Shown here: positions 13,925-28,400 of the stretch, piece by piece
Position numbering within the stretch: the first letter of the stretch is position 1
Layout: every line of letters begins with the position of its first letter
From: Eledone cirrhosa
Taxonomy: Eukaryota
Length of the DNA stretch: 64,000 nt
NCBI GenBank assembly: GCA_964016885.1
Contig: OZ024740.1
Location: 179,862,001-179,926,000 of the forward strand
Reading direction: 5' to 3'
Notes under the pieces: model-generated
Databases searched by the model: none
What the model was told of the DNA's origin: nothing
The model's input: only the letters and a program-made list of their open reading frames with translations
Position numbers and translations under genes: made by a program

Positions 13925-14071
13925 CGTAGTTAAGAAAGCCACAACAATGCAGAGCGAAATCTCGAGGTAGGAATTGAATGATAGATAGGAGAAACAGGTG
14001 AAAGTGAAAATTGAGAGAGACAAAGATGAAAACAAAACAAAGGTATAAGGGTTACCGTAGTGGAGATTTAA

Positions 14072-14107
14072 TCCCAATATTTCGGGCTCACGCCCATCAA
14101 CGGGGGA
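14072..14107 (-). ncRNA. Degenerate minimal hammerhead in a pLTR-like remnant (~13920-14155) between (TA)n tracts
   Basis: Minus strand: ccc-CCGTTGA-t-gggc-gtga-gccc-GAAA-ta-TT-ggg; the core is mutated from CTGATGA; same gggc/gccc stem II as the 9329 motif. Confidence 0.5.
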
Positions 14108-14170
14108 AAGTTCCACAAGGGGGGGGCACAGGCCAAGCGGAGAAAGTTGTGATATATTGTGTATATACTG

Positions 14171-14204
<34 letters not shown>

Positions 14205-14248
14205 CAGTATATATGTATATACATATATATGTATATACAGTATATATG

Positions 14249-14324
<76 letters not shown>

Positions 14325-14834
14325 TATATGTGTGTGTATATAAAACATGTCGTACACAGGAATGAATAGTGAACACAGTTCCTAAGCTATATAGAATAGC
14401 TTGGAAAATAGCGTAAAATACCCGTTTTTTTTGGTATGTTACCCGGTTTTCTAAATTATTATTTATAACAAATAACTGTATAACACACACTCAGAAACAT
14501 ACTCATATATATCTAAACTTATCGAAGGATAATATTATGTCAGTGTAAGAAAATTACTTGATTTATTTTTCAATAATGTAATTTAGTATTTGGCTCTGAA
14601 ACAGGAAATATAATAATTCATTTTTATTATCTCATCTACCACGTAGATGCTTATTAGTTGGCTTTTTTTCGTTTGTTATATTTAAAACAAAACTGTATTT
14701 AATGATGTTTTTCCGACAGAGAGAAACTATTTCACTGGTGTAAAATATAATTCTAATACATTAAAGCTCTGGTACATATGTCAAAAGATCACTGTAAAGA
14801 GGATAGTATAAGCGTGTCAGCAAGATATACAGAG

Positions 14835-14918
<84 letters not shown>

Positions 14919-14973
14919 CGTTTCAGAATTTGTTTAGCAAGATTCTTTATCTGAAAACGTGTGTTGAAACCGA

Positions 14974-15632
14974 TATTGTTATACTTTGGGAGGGTCATGT
15001 TGCCAATAAGAAACACACGCACCATATACTTTCGCTTCAATTTATTATAATAAATTTATAGATTGAGGAATTTATAAATTTCCGGTTGGTTGGTTGGTTC
15101 CACAACCGGATGGTTGTTTATATATTGTCAAAGTTCTTTCATCACACATTATGTGACCTCTTCAGTGACTGGGGATTCTTTTCTTTGTTTTTGTGCCTCT
15201 CCTTTGTTCTGTCCTACGCCATTTTGTTTCTGTGTGTGTGTTGTGTGCTCCGTCTGCGCATGCGCCACATCCGGGTGTCTGTGTGTGTTTATATTCGTTT
15301 ATTTATTTGTTTATTTACATGTTACAGGTTGGTTGTTTGTTCTATGTGCGTGTGTGTTTTCATTTTGTCCTTAATTGTAAGTTGTGATGTTGCTGTTCCA
15401 CTCATGTTTTCTATTTAATTTTGGTTGTAATTCTTTTGTTTTTTGCCTCTGTGATTTGTCTAAACATTGCGTCTTTTCTGTGTGTAGATTCTATTTTTAT
15501 TTCTATGTTCTCTAATTTACCCTTATGTTCTATTTTAGCATGTTGGTAAAAAAACATGTATTTATAATTTAATTGGAGTGAAAGCATCCAGTGCGTGTGT
15601 ATCTTTTTGGCCACATGACCCTCCCAAAGTAT

Positions 15633-15640
<8 letters not shown>
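14974..15640 (-). mobile_element. Non-coding element with ~50 bp inverted ends and an internal hammerhead motif (15127-15169); related copy at ~45184-45600
   Basis: tattgttatactttgggagggtcatgt...aaacacacgcac versus gtgcgtgtgt...acatgaccctcccaaagtataacaata; minus strand gtca-CTGAAGA-g-gtcacat-aat-gtgtgat-GAAA-gaac-TT-tgac. Confidence 0.65.
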
Positions 15641-15691
<51 letters not shown>

Positions 15692-16834
15692 CATATATAT
15701 ATATACATCTTTGATAACGTTGATATATTTCGGCCACCTATACATATGTGTGTGTGTGTATGGGGCTTTGTGTATGTATGAATACAGAGTGTGTAACAGA
15801 CTGCATCAACGCGTGTAAATATATACATATATATAATATATAGGTATGCATACATGCCAGAAAATACCAATTTCGCTGTAAATTGATGAAAACGATAAAT
15901 ATCTTTAATCGATTTTCGGATCTAATTGGACACTTATCAAAATACATGTATATTATTTAATAAAATACAAAGAAGCGGTAACGTGAAGACACAAACAAGA
16001 GGTTAATATTTAGGTGAATATATTAAGCAGATGAAGAACGTTACGTGAATGTAGGTGTATCTATATATTTATAATTTCTGTTTAAATTCTCTTTATATTA
16101 TTGTGTTAATTTAGTACTTTGATAATGGGTTACAGATTATAATGTTCTGATACAAACATTAGGTTGTCTTGCCATAGACAATGCATTTGGAATCTTTAAA
16201 CACAAGACTGAATATGGATTATTGAAAAAAATTGTAAGATGGAAAAGTATATTAAATTATGCTCATACATACATATCGTTCACATAGCAACGAACAAAAA
16301 ATCAATGGGTGTAATTTGGAATTTAAGTAACCATGTATATATATAGAAATGTCATTTCGCAAAAGGTTCGCAAAAAAATCTCAAAATCGTAAATGCCTTA
16401 CATTGTAATACAATAATAATCCCTCTTTAAAATAAATAATATATATTTCGAGTTCCACAACTTGTAAATAGGAACCAAAATATATTGGATATATGGGAGT
16501 AAATATTTGCATTCGTACACAATTGTCTTTCCTTTTTCTTTCTTTCTCCATATTTTCTTTCTATTCTCCATACTTTTTTGATGGGGACGTAAATACCAAA
16601 ATCTATATATACAACTATGGCTGATGAATATTCTTTTATATCTTAAATCTGAATGATATTTAGAATTCTCTGCTGTTGTACTCAACATGAAGCCACCTAT
16701 TAGTATATTATAGATCTTTATTCTTCGCAATGAAATAAAACAAATATAACTAAGCCACATAGAGCTTGGCTCCTGAGAAAAAAAGGTTTGATTCCCCTCA
16801 CCCCACATAAACACATACACGTGTATATATATAT

Positions 16835-17147
<313 letters not shown>

Positions 17148-17571
17148 TATATATATATAATATATACCCACTCTCTGTTTCTCCCCTTTTCACTTCCTCC
17201 TGTTTGGTTAATAGTGGGGTCCTTTCTTGCTTACATCTCACTCACGTCGGACGGTCTGTATTCTGATCGCTCATGAAATTCACCTAGCTTATGCTGACCG
17301 GATAACCATGTTGCTTGTTTTTTTCCTATCTTCGATTTGCTTTTATCCTTCTATGTTGTTTACTTGTCGCACTCGCTTTACGCGACTCACTTGTCCCAAT
17401 AGCTTTTTTTAGTTATTGCTCGCACCAACCTGAGGTATATGATTTAAATTTAATGCGATGAAATACCAATGATGGTTGGCAAATCACTGACGAGGGACTA
17501 ATTTTATAATATGTAACCCATGTGCAACCACGCAGTATTCCTCTTTCTTCTCATGTATTTTATATATATAT

Positions 17572-17630
<59 letters not shown>

Positions 17631-17641
17631 ATGTGTGTGTA

Positions 17642-17923
<282 letters not shown>

Positions 17924-18313
17924 ATAATGTAATGGCAGCTTAGTAGATTACATAATCATATAGAATTATTAGGTATATTTAAAAGAGTAAATTTGATGTG
18001 CATCTCATATAATCTTATTATATATCAACTCTTGTATATCAGTATGCATGAATTCATAATCTACTATTTGTGTTTTTTCAACTTGTCATTTAAGGCTTGC
18101 GTATTTTAAAAGTCATATTTCAGCATTTTGAAAATACTGACTTCTTCCAATATTTCTCATGGGTAGAGATATGTTTATCTATGTAGGTACATTCGTATTT
18201 ACACACGCAGGCGCCTACACTTATATGAGCACACATACATACATATTTGTATCTACCAGTACATACATCTATATATATATATATATGCATGAATGTGCAT
18301 ATACATACATATA

Positions 18314-18402
<89 letters not shown>

Positions 18403-20276
18403 ACAAACACATACATACACACACACACATATATATATATATACATATATATATAGATATATATAATATATATTAAATACACCAAATGGATATTCATAAG
18501 AATGTGGCGGATTAAGTATATCGATATAGCAGTGGATGCTAAAAATAATAGATACGCCATAGGCATCTGTAAAAGACACTTAGAAATGCTAAATAAATGT
18601 GTTATATATTGATGTTATTTGTTATATATATATTGATAGGGGACAGAATATTAGCAGAGCTTTTATGTAAAGCGATAAATAGAATACGGAATATGTTGAA
18701 AAATGTCAATATATTTACATTCTTTCTGGATTATTGAAGTAATGTTTATGTATTCTTTCGAGAGTGTAATTTTCTTTTCTTCTCACAATCGGAACAAGAT
18801 AGAAATTAAAATAAATAATAGAGGAGAATTTGGCAATGAAGAAATGCTCATATAACTACATACTTATTTTTGAATTCTGGTTAGATGACATTAATATAAA
18901 AAATAAAACTTTTGCTTATATTTTTGGCTGATATGCAATAAGCAATCGGATGCCTTACTAAATAAATGTGTAAGTAAATATATCTGGGTAATGGCAGTGT
19001 GAGCGATGGGTGTCGTACAAATGGGCAACTTTATTTCGCAGCAAAACCTTAAATCCTCTTTCTATATATCTCCAGTTTATCAGTTCAACCCTATTTACAT
19101 CTGTCACATGTGTACGAACAATTTGCACCCGGACGTCAAGCGATATTAAAACAGTATGTAAGATCTTAGTCGAAAGAGCAATCCTGATGCCATAGAAGAT
19201 GTTATATTGGATTCACATAGTCTTTCTTCAATATTTCTCGTATGAAGTCATGAAATTAAAATGATATTCCCTTTATGAATAATACAGAAGTTATAATTAT
19301 ATCATACTTTGAAAAAATTACAATGTGCGTCTTATTCTCAATTAATTATACACGAGTACATTAATTAAAATTAAACAATTTGGAAAATCATCCTTCCGTT
19401 TTCAACGTCCCCAATCTTGTAATCCAACAAACCCCTCAACAATTATTTTCTTACTAACACAAATTTTCCCCTATTGATCCAGAAACAACTCACCCATCAA
19501 GCTGTATTAATTCTAAATATATCAGACCTTTAATGGCAAACGGCTACAATATTGATTCTAAAGTTTGGCCTCTCAACTGATTGGTATGAAGTCGCTCGTT
19601 CAAACATTTTCACACCAGGCGTACTTTCTTCATCCACCCTTATTCCTAATCTAACGATACGAGAGATACATCTGAATTTCCTGACTGGTTAAACCTGTCA
19701 CCTTCGTTCAAATACTAAATCGTCTGTCATCGTATCGTGAAACATCTTAGGCTCTCCGAACATGCAAAGACAATGACAGTTTGTTGTCTACCCCCAGAAT
19801 CTCTATATTGAATTCCTTCACTGCTTATGCATTTATGGGAGCTGTTCTCTCACATGTTTGCCGAAAGGCGACGGGCGCAACTTTCTTCACATCGAATGAA
19901 TAAAATATATTGAAAGTAAAATAAAACATGAATTGGTCATATTGATCAAAATGCAAAATAGATCCATATAATCCGATATCATGTTTTCTGGGAATCGCAA
20001 CACATTCTAGGTCTTAAAATGGATCCTTATGTCACGGTTACACATGCAAATTATTCTGATAGGATTTTGAATCTATCAACTAAATCGTTTCGTCCTTATA
20101 TCTTCTGTTCATATGCAAGTGCCAACTTGATAAACTATTTAACTAAAAATCAAAATAATTTTATAATCGAATATCACCGCTTCCTTGGAACACTGTTTTA
20201 CAGGCATTAATAGTTTCTTGATAGCTTTTTCTAAAACATTTACATTTAAAATGGGGGTGTACATGTTTTATAGATA

Positions 20277-20625
20277 CATTCTTGTCTATTGGAACGGACA
20301 TATCAATTAGCAGGCATACTCCCTTTTAAAAGTCCTTCAGTATTATATCAGGTCAATTTGCATCTATATTTTGGTCTGTTTGGATGCTAAAGTTCCACAA
20401 GCTTGTGATGCGATCTTTTTCCAGTCCGGGAAGTGGTTGTGGCTCCCACCAATTCTTTTGATGGGGCAGGTCAAAATGCTTACACATTATCCAATATATG
20501 TATTGTGCAGCTCTGTCATGCCTGTTTAGGTATTTGGTTGGAGCTATAGGTCTGCACATTGAAATTATATGATCAATGGTCTCTGGTTGTTTTTTACATA
20601 CACGGCATAATGGGTTGCATCCATT
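20277..20625 (-). mobile_element. R4/Dong family B fragment (CCHC/RLE region)
   Basis: Aligns by eye to 35640-36005; encodes APTKYLNRHDRAAQYIYWIMCKHFDLP...LWNFSIQTD; abuts (TTA)n. Confidence 0.85.
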
Positions 20626-20639
20626 TATTATTATTATTA

Positions 20640-23600
20640 ACCCACCTAAAGATTTTCTCCCCTCAAGCTAAAAAGTTGAGGCCACCACTCCTACCCACAC
20701 CAGTGACTCAACCATCAAAGCCAGCAACAGAAATGGCAGCAACTGTAGCAGCAACAACATAAGCAACTGTAGCAGCAACAACCCCAGCAACTGTAGCAGC
20801 AACGGTAGCAAAACCAACACCACCACCACCCACCGCGCCAGAATTAGCACCAGCGCATCCACCATCCACCACGCCACAAACTAAACCAACGCCTGTGGAA
20901 GACTTTCCACTCCCCGGCCTATCGCAACTGGGGACAGATTGTGCCGACGAGGAGGAGTGGGAAACCGTATCTGTAAAAATAAAAAATAAAATTAAAATTA
21001 AAAATAAAATTAAAAATAAAATTAAAAATAAAATTAAAAACAAAATTCGTCTTCCTTCGCCCTCCAAAAACAAAATGCAGGGTGAAACAAACAAACTAAC
21101 AAAAAAGTTAAGACAGCTATGCCACCACCCACACCAGCATCACCAGCGCCATCACCACAAACACCAACACCATCACCATTATTAAACCCAACACCACAAA
21201 AATCACCAACAACCGAAACAGAAACAAACCCACAACAAACGCAAACAAAAAAAGCAACCAACACGATACACACTATACACATTAAATTTGAACAACAACC
21301 AATTATTACACTACATCCAACACAACATCAGCATCACAGAAAAAGACTACACAACACCCCAAAAATTCATACCACCCCCACACATGCAAATCACACGTAT
21401 CACGCAGAAAACGTACACAACACTAAAATTAAAATTCCCGAAGGACATCGGCGACTTCCGACAAAAACCCACCAGGAGGATTTATAAAGACATCCTTCCA
21501 GAGAGGGCCACAAGCAGTGAGAAGGACGGAAAAACCATCCTTCCTCCACAAGAAGAGAGGTATGTGGTCTTTCCCGTCTTTTTCCAATCCTTTTCAACAT
21601 GACCTCACTCAGAATAGGCAGCATAAATGCGCGTGGCCTGCGGTCGTCATGGAAGCAGAGCCACCTGCTAAACGACCTCAGGTCACTAAACATGGATGTG
21701 GTGGCCATCAGCAAAACCAGAATCTCCGAAGCACGAGCCTTCGCACCGATCTTCGGCGGTTACGAATTATACGCATCTCCCAGCCGTCCTGGATCGTGGG
21801 GAGGAGTTGTGCTTTTTCGGAGAGGCTTGGATTCGCCATACTGGCCATCTTCCTGGACCCAGAAGGAATGTAGGTAGCGCTGGACGTGATCAGCGGAGAT
21901 GGGCAAGCTTTGAGGCTAGTGGTCATCTTTTGCCCTACAGGAGCAGGGCGACCTGATTTCTTCCGGCGTCTGGAAACCTTTCCTGGAACGTTCCGCTCTT
22001 TAGTGTTAGTGGGAGACTGGAACGGGATCTTAGATGCACACTGAGACTGTGTGAGATTAACGGATAGGAGAGGAGGGTGCAAAAGCCTCGCAAACCTGCT
22101 CAGACTGTCTCAACTGTCTGACAGGTACCGTCTGGATTTACCGAATGTGCCAATGTGGACATGGACAAACCGCATAGGGTCATGCAGATCATATCTAGAT
22201 AGAGTATTTTGTAGGGAAATAGATAGGTCTAGCATAAGCTGGCCACATTTAAAAATAGTTGACTACATGGACCACACATTTTTGATCTGTGAGGTCGACT
22301 TATATATGCTTCATAGACAGGGAGCCGGCTACTGGAAGCTAAACGCCTCCTTACCAGCGCGCAAGGCCTACAGAGACCGGATTAGCGAACTAGTTAAGCG
22401 GGCGTTGACGGAGGCCATGGTCAACAACAAGTTGTGCTTTGCTCTGAAAAGAACGAGTAGAATACAGTCCATTAGGTTTAGTAAGGCTTTAGCAATAGAG
22501 AACAATAGAGCAGAGGGAGAACTAGTTAGAAAATTAGACGAGGCGCTTTGCAAAGGCATCGCGACCGACGTACTTGCGGCGAAATTGGCCCTTAACCAAT
22601 TATTCAAACAAAGCACGAAGGCTGCGTTGTTAGAGTTAGGGTGCGTGCTCTCAGACACGAGGGGACGAAAGCAGTTCAATGGGCCCTAGTAGCAGAGGGG
22701 CGTCTTGGCAAGACAGCCACGATCCGGTATTTGGTGGACCAAGACGGGCGCATGCTACTCGATCCCGCGAAAATGTGTGAAGCTTTTCAGCGACACTTCG
22801 CACAGCTGTTCGCGGGCAGCGGCGGGCCGGACCGAGGGATGGACTTTAGTGTCTACCTCGACAGACTGCCGCGGCTCTCGGCCACTGAGGCGGAATGTTG
22901 TGAAAAGCCGATAACAGCCGCTGAAGTACCGGAGGCAATTACTGGCTGCACAAGGAGTAAATCGGCTGGTTTGGACGGTCTGTCCTATGAACTTTACGTA
23001 CAAATGCCAGACTTGTTCGGAGGCCTCTTGACAGAGCTGTAGTCCTGGATCAAGCGAAGACCGAGAGGGTGCGCTTGGAGACTGGAATGTCTTCAGGCGC
23101 TGACAGCCCTCGACCAATCGGGCAATGTGATCGGTGGAAACTCCATTTTGTCGTTCTATAGAGGATTAGTGGAGGGGAAGAGCGACGACGTACTTGGAGA
23201 AACTCTAGGCGTCGACGAAAATCAACTAGCCAATCTCTACGGAAGAACTTTCGGGCCGGGGCCTATGTACAACTTCCAGAAATACCTGGCCTGGAAGTGC
23301 TACCAAGGAATTTGCCAGTTCGGGATAAACTCTACAGGCATGGAGGTGCCGTCAGCAGGGCATGTCTGAGATGCGCGCAGAACGACGAAACCGTCCTGCA
23401 TGCACTCGTCCTGTGTCCGAGCATTGCTGACTTGTGGGTTTATGTCGAACACCTGCTGTCGCTTGTAGGACGAATGCAGCTATCAGCTCAGTCCATCGTG
23501 AGGATTGCCCCGCCCACTTCCTTTAGCCGGGAAGGGCAGGCAGTTTTTTATCTGTCTGGTGGCCATGGCGAAAGAGATAGTATGGTGGACACGTTGTGAA

Positions 23601-24036
23601 AGGGCTGAAGATGAGCACTTAGCTCTTCGGTGATGCCCTGATTAACTTTTTCAAATTTCATTTGAAAAGGAAAATCAGGGTAGAGAGGGAAGTGCTCTCT
23701 TCCCAGCATTTTGTTGAAAGATGGGTGAGAGAAGCAAGTATGGCCCGAGTGAATGGGCCTCCTCTGAGTATGTGTCCGTAAATTAAAGGTGGAAAACTAG
23801 GAGAGGGCACTTGCCCTGGTGGTCAGGTTCACTGTGGCTTTTTAATGGGCTTTCTCCACAAATGTCCCTCGGAAGTCTCCCCCTTATTGGGGAATTTTTT
23901 ATTGTTTTGTTTTTTTGTTACATCCTCTGTTTTTGTTTTTTTTACACGCAGAAATGCCCATTTGTACCGTCCTGTATTGTCCTGTACTGTCCTTAATGTC
24001 TACTTTATGTAAACCCTTGTGGTTAATAAAGAAAGC
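20640..24036 (+). mobile_element. Tx1/L1-like non-LTR retrotransposon, 5'-truncated, RT core deleted, ending in AATAAA and (ATT)n
   Basis: Pro/Thr/Lys-rich ORF1-like tail, then ORF2 remnants; AATAAA at 24025 followed by (ATT)n from 24037. Confidence 0.8.
21599..23781 (+). pseudogene. Tx1/L1 ORF2 remnant (APE endonuclease, linker, C-terminal CCHC)
   Basis: SINARGL, VAISKT, GDWNGILD, WTWTN..SYLDR, WKLNASL, KSAGLDGLSYELY; jump at ~23040; LPVRDKL...CLRCAQNDETVLHALVLC. Confidence 0.85.
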
Positions 24037-24065
24037 ATTATTATTATTATTATTATTATTATTGT

Positions 24066-25256
24066 TCTTTGAGTCTCAGTCATTGATGTTAGTTAACTGG
24101 AAAGTTTGTTGAAATGAATATCAAGCCACTACCTGCAGCCTCATATATTCAGGACGTATCGGAGGGTTCTTGGTGTTCACAGCAAGCATGCCTTTTGAAG
24201 CGTTCCAAAAAGCGTGGGGGGGGGGGGGGGCATTTTTCTTTAACCATCCATCCCTGGAAACTTTTTGAGATAGTACCTATTTCGCCTATGACAATCGGGA
24301 CCACTTTGATTTCATGGCAGTTCCAAATCCTTTTTACCTCCCACTTTAAGTTCTAGTATCGGTTAATTTTCTTCCTCTCCTTCTCTTGCACTCTCGTGTC
24401 GAATGGGCAGGCCACATTCACAATCAGGCACGATCTTTTCCCTTGTCCAAAACTACCAGGTCAGGTCTATTGTGTTCCAGTTTCTTGTCCGTCTCTATCC
24501 TAAACTCTCACAGCACCTTCACCTGATGTGCTTGTTGACACTGTCCGTATTCTCAGCAATGATATATGTATGCAATTTGGAATTAGTAAGTGTGGAGTCC
24601 TTGTGATGAAGAGGGCTAAATTGAGCAGAAGCAACGGAATCCAGGTACCAACAGGTGAGATGATAAAGGAAATTGACACTGAAGAAGGATACAAGTATTT
24701 GGGTGTTCTGGAGGCTGATTACATCAAGAACAAAAAAATGATCTGAATACATTCGGAGAATAAGGAGCGTATTAAAGTCACATCTGAACAGTATGAATGC
24801 CATAAGTGCAGTACATTCCCGAGCTGTGTCTATTATTAGGTACAGTGCGGGAATTCTGAGATGGAATGTTGCTGAACAAAACGAAATGGATAGGAAGACT
24901 AGGAAGCTATTGACTATCTACAACATGTTCCACAAGAGGAGTGATGTCGATAGACACTACTTAAGGAGATCTGAATGTGGAAGAGGTCTTATCAGCATAG
25001 AGAACTGTGTTCAGATGGAGAAAAACAACCTACACATATACGTGACTGATAGTAAGGAGCCAATGCTCAGAATTGTACTGAAGGAGAGGAAAATAGACCA
25101 GGGGATGTCCAAGGAGGAAGTAACAACAAGGAGAAAGAGCAGCCTTCATGAAAAATCCCTTCATAGTACCTTCTTTGAGAAAACTGAATTCAGAGATCCA
25201 CAGACATGGAACTGGTTGAAAAGATGAGACCTTAAAAAGGCTACAGAAGGAATGCG
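24066..25256 (-). mobile_element. R4/Dong family A copy A0: 3' end (24066-24525, -) joined to an inverted internal segment (24526-25256, +)
   Basis: 3' UTR and RLE C-terminus match 30247-30697; the + strand segment encodes LVDTVRI...YKYLGV...GRGL...KKATEGM. Confidence 0.85.
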
Positions 25257-25262
25257 ATTATG

Positions 25263-25322
<60 letters not shown>

Positions 25323-25408
25323 GTTATTGTTATTCCTTGAATCTCAGTCATTGATGTTGGTTAACTGGAAAGTCCGTTGGATTGAATATCAAGCCACTAC
25401 CTGCAGCC

Positions 25409-28400
25409 TCAGATATTCAGGACGTATCGGAGGGTTCTTGCCGTTCCAAGCAAGCATGCCTTTTGAAGCGTTCCAAAAAGCGTGAAGGGGCCGATTTTCT
25501 TTAACCATCCCTGGAAACCTTTGGAGATAGTCCCCAGTGCGCCTATGACAATCGGGATCACTTTGACTTCATGGCAGTTCCAAATCCTTTTCACCTCCCA
25601 CTTTAGGTCCTGGTATCGGTTAATTTTCTCCCTCTCCTTCTCTTGCACTCTCGTGTCGAACGGGCAGGCCACATCCACAATCAGGCACGATCTTTTTTCT
25701 TTGTCCACAACCACCAGGTCAGGTCTATTGTGTTCCAGTTTTTTGTCCGTCTGTATCCTAAAATCCCACAGCACCTTCACCTGACTGTTCTCCATCACCG
25801 CCTCTGGCCTATGCTCATACCATTTCTCAGAATGTGGTAGATTGTTTACTTTGCACAGGTGCCAGTGGATCACCCTGCCCATCACATCGTGTCTCCAGCC
25901 CTTATAGTGGGTCTGGGCTAGGTGTTTACACTCGGACACAATGTGAGCCACAGTCTCCTCTCTCTCTCCACAGATCCTGCACAGTGGGCTAGCCTCCTCC
26001 TTGTAGATATGGTGCTTCAACCACTTCGTTTTGAGGGCCTGCTCCTGCGCAGCCATTAGCATTCCTTCTGTAGCCTTTTTGAGGTCTCCTCTTCTCAACC
26101 AGTTCCATGTCTGTGGATCTCTAAATTCAGTTTTCTCAAAGAAGGTACTATGAAGGGATTTTCCCTTAAGGCTGCTCTTCCTCCTTGATGTTATTTCCTC
26201 CTTGGGTATCCCCTGGCCTACTGTCCTCTCCTTCAGTACAGCTCTGAGCATTGGCTCCTTACTATAGGTCACGTATTTGTATAGGTTGTTTTTCTCCATC
26301 TGAACACAGTCCTCTATGCTGATAAGACCTCTTCCACCCTCAGACCTCCTTAGGTAGAGTCTATCGACATCACTCCTCTTGTGGAACATGTTGTAGATAG
26401 TCAATAGCTTCCTAGTCTTCCTATCCATTTCTTTTTGTTCAGCAACATTCCATCTCAGAATTCCCGCACTGTACCTAATAATAGACACAGCTCGGGAATT
26501 TACTGCGCTTATGGCATTTCTGCTGTTCAGATGTGACTTCAATACGCTCCTTACTCTCCGAATGTATTCAGTTCTTAACAATTCCTTCATTTTTTTGTTC
26601 TTTATGCCATCAGCCTCCAGAACGCCCAAATACTTGTATCCTTCCTCAGAGTCAATTTCCTTTATCATCTCACCTGTTGGTATCTGGATCCCGTTACTTC
26701 TGCTCAACCTACCCCTCCTCATCACAATGACTCCACATTTACCAATACCAAACTGCATACATATATCACTGCTGAAAATACGGACAGTGTCAACAAGCAC
26801 ATCCAACTCCTTCTCACTTTTCCCGAAGAGCTTAAGATCGTCCATGAAGAGGAGGTGATTGATGGTAAGCTCTCCCCTTCCCAACTTGTATCCTGCTCTC
26901 ACTTTTCGCAGCATAATGGTCAAGGGCATCAGGGCAAGGACAAACAACAGAGAGGACAGGCTATCTCCCTGGAAGATACCTCTCTTGATCTTCACGCTTC
27001 CCAAGGATACTCCAGTTGATGTCAACTCTGTCTCCCAGGACCCCATACTCCTGCCCAGCAACTGTCTGATGTTATCTGCCACCCTGAAGATCTCCAGGCT
27101 TTTGGTGATCCAGGAATGAGGCACCATGTCAAATGCCTTTCTGTAGTCTATCCATCCCATGGCAAGATCAGTGTGTCTCCTCCTGCAATTCCCCATTACC
27201 ATCTTATCAATAAGCAACTGGTCCTTTGTACCACGTGACTTCTTTCGGCATCCTTTCTGTTCGTCCGGCAACAAGTTGTGTGTGTGGAGGTGATGGTAGA
27301 TTTCCTCAGACACAATGCTCGTCAACAGTTTCAACATTACGGGCAGACATGTGATAGGTCTATAGTTGGTAACATCATTACCCTTGATTCGGTCTTTCAT
27401 TATCAGAACTGTGGTACCTTTTGTCAACCACTCTGTCACCTCACCCGACACCAAGCAGTCATTGAACATGGCCGTCAGCTTCGGGTGGAGGGATGTTAAA
27501 TGTTTAATCCAATACCCCTGCACACCATCTGGGCCTGGTGATTTCCAGTTGGTTAGTTTTTTGGCTTGCCCCTTAAGAGTTTCAACTGTGATACTCAAAT
27601 CAGTCTGTTGCTGTGCCTGCTCACCGATCTCCCTCTGTACTGTCTCAATCCACCCTGCCTGGGCATTGTGTCTAACATCCTGCTCCCATATTCCTCTCCA
27701 GAATGTTTTAGCTTGTTCCGCCCCAGGGATCAAGTCGGTGCCTCTTTCTTTCCCCTCAAGCTGTCCAAACAGTATCTTCTGGTTGTTGTCGAACATGCGG
27801 TTCTGTTTATACTGACTGACTCTGTTCTCGTATCGCCTGATTTTGGCACTCTTTGCTACAATGCGTTGCTTCAATTCCTCTATGATAATATTTAGCTTTT
27901 TACTCCTAGTTTTGTATTTTATTTCCAGTCTATTTTTAGTGCCTATGTTTTTTAGTGTCCCATTCAGTAGTGACTCAAGCTTTCCTATGTCATTTCTCAT
28001 TTCCCCGATTTGCCCACTCAGTCGCTTCTTCCACCACGGCTCTGCTCTTTCTTGTCTGTTGTTTCCTCTCGCTTTTATACCAAGTAGTTTCCTCACTGTA
28101 TTTGCTGTTGCTTTGAGGATATTGTTGCACTGGTGAAGACTCCTCGCCTCAAGGTATGGGATGACTTTGTTTACCTTAGCTGTTGTTTCTTTTAACTTTT
28201 TCCTGTCTACAAATCTTAGGTTCATAGGTCTCCCACTATCATTGTTCAACTCATCTACCACTAAATTTAGGATGTCAACCGAATCTTGTCCTAGCCCGTC
28301 AGCATTCATCTCCTCAGTGGCCGTATCTCTGTTCCAGGTATTATTTATCTCAGTATTCAGATCATTGTCTGCTTCGGGTGGTTCCTCCGCTCTCAGGACC

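Noticed and set aside
17423-17500. Possible hammerhead (ccaac-CTGAGG...GAAA...gttgg; nearby CTGACGA)
   Set aside because: The core is incomplete and there is no valid NUH triplet.
19330-19900. Possible decayed GIY-YIG/PLE remnant
   Set aside because: Only vague motif hints; no continuous frame can be supported.
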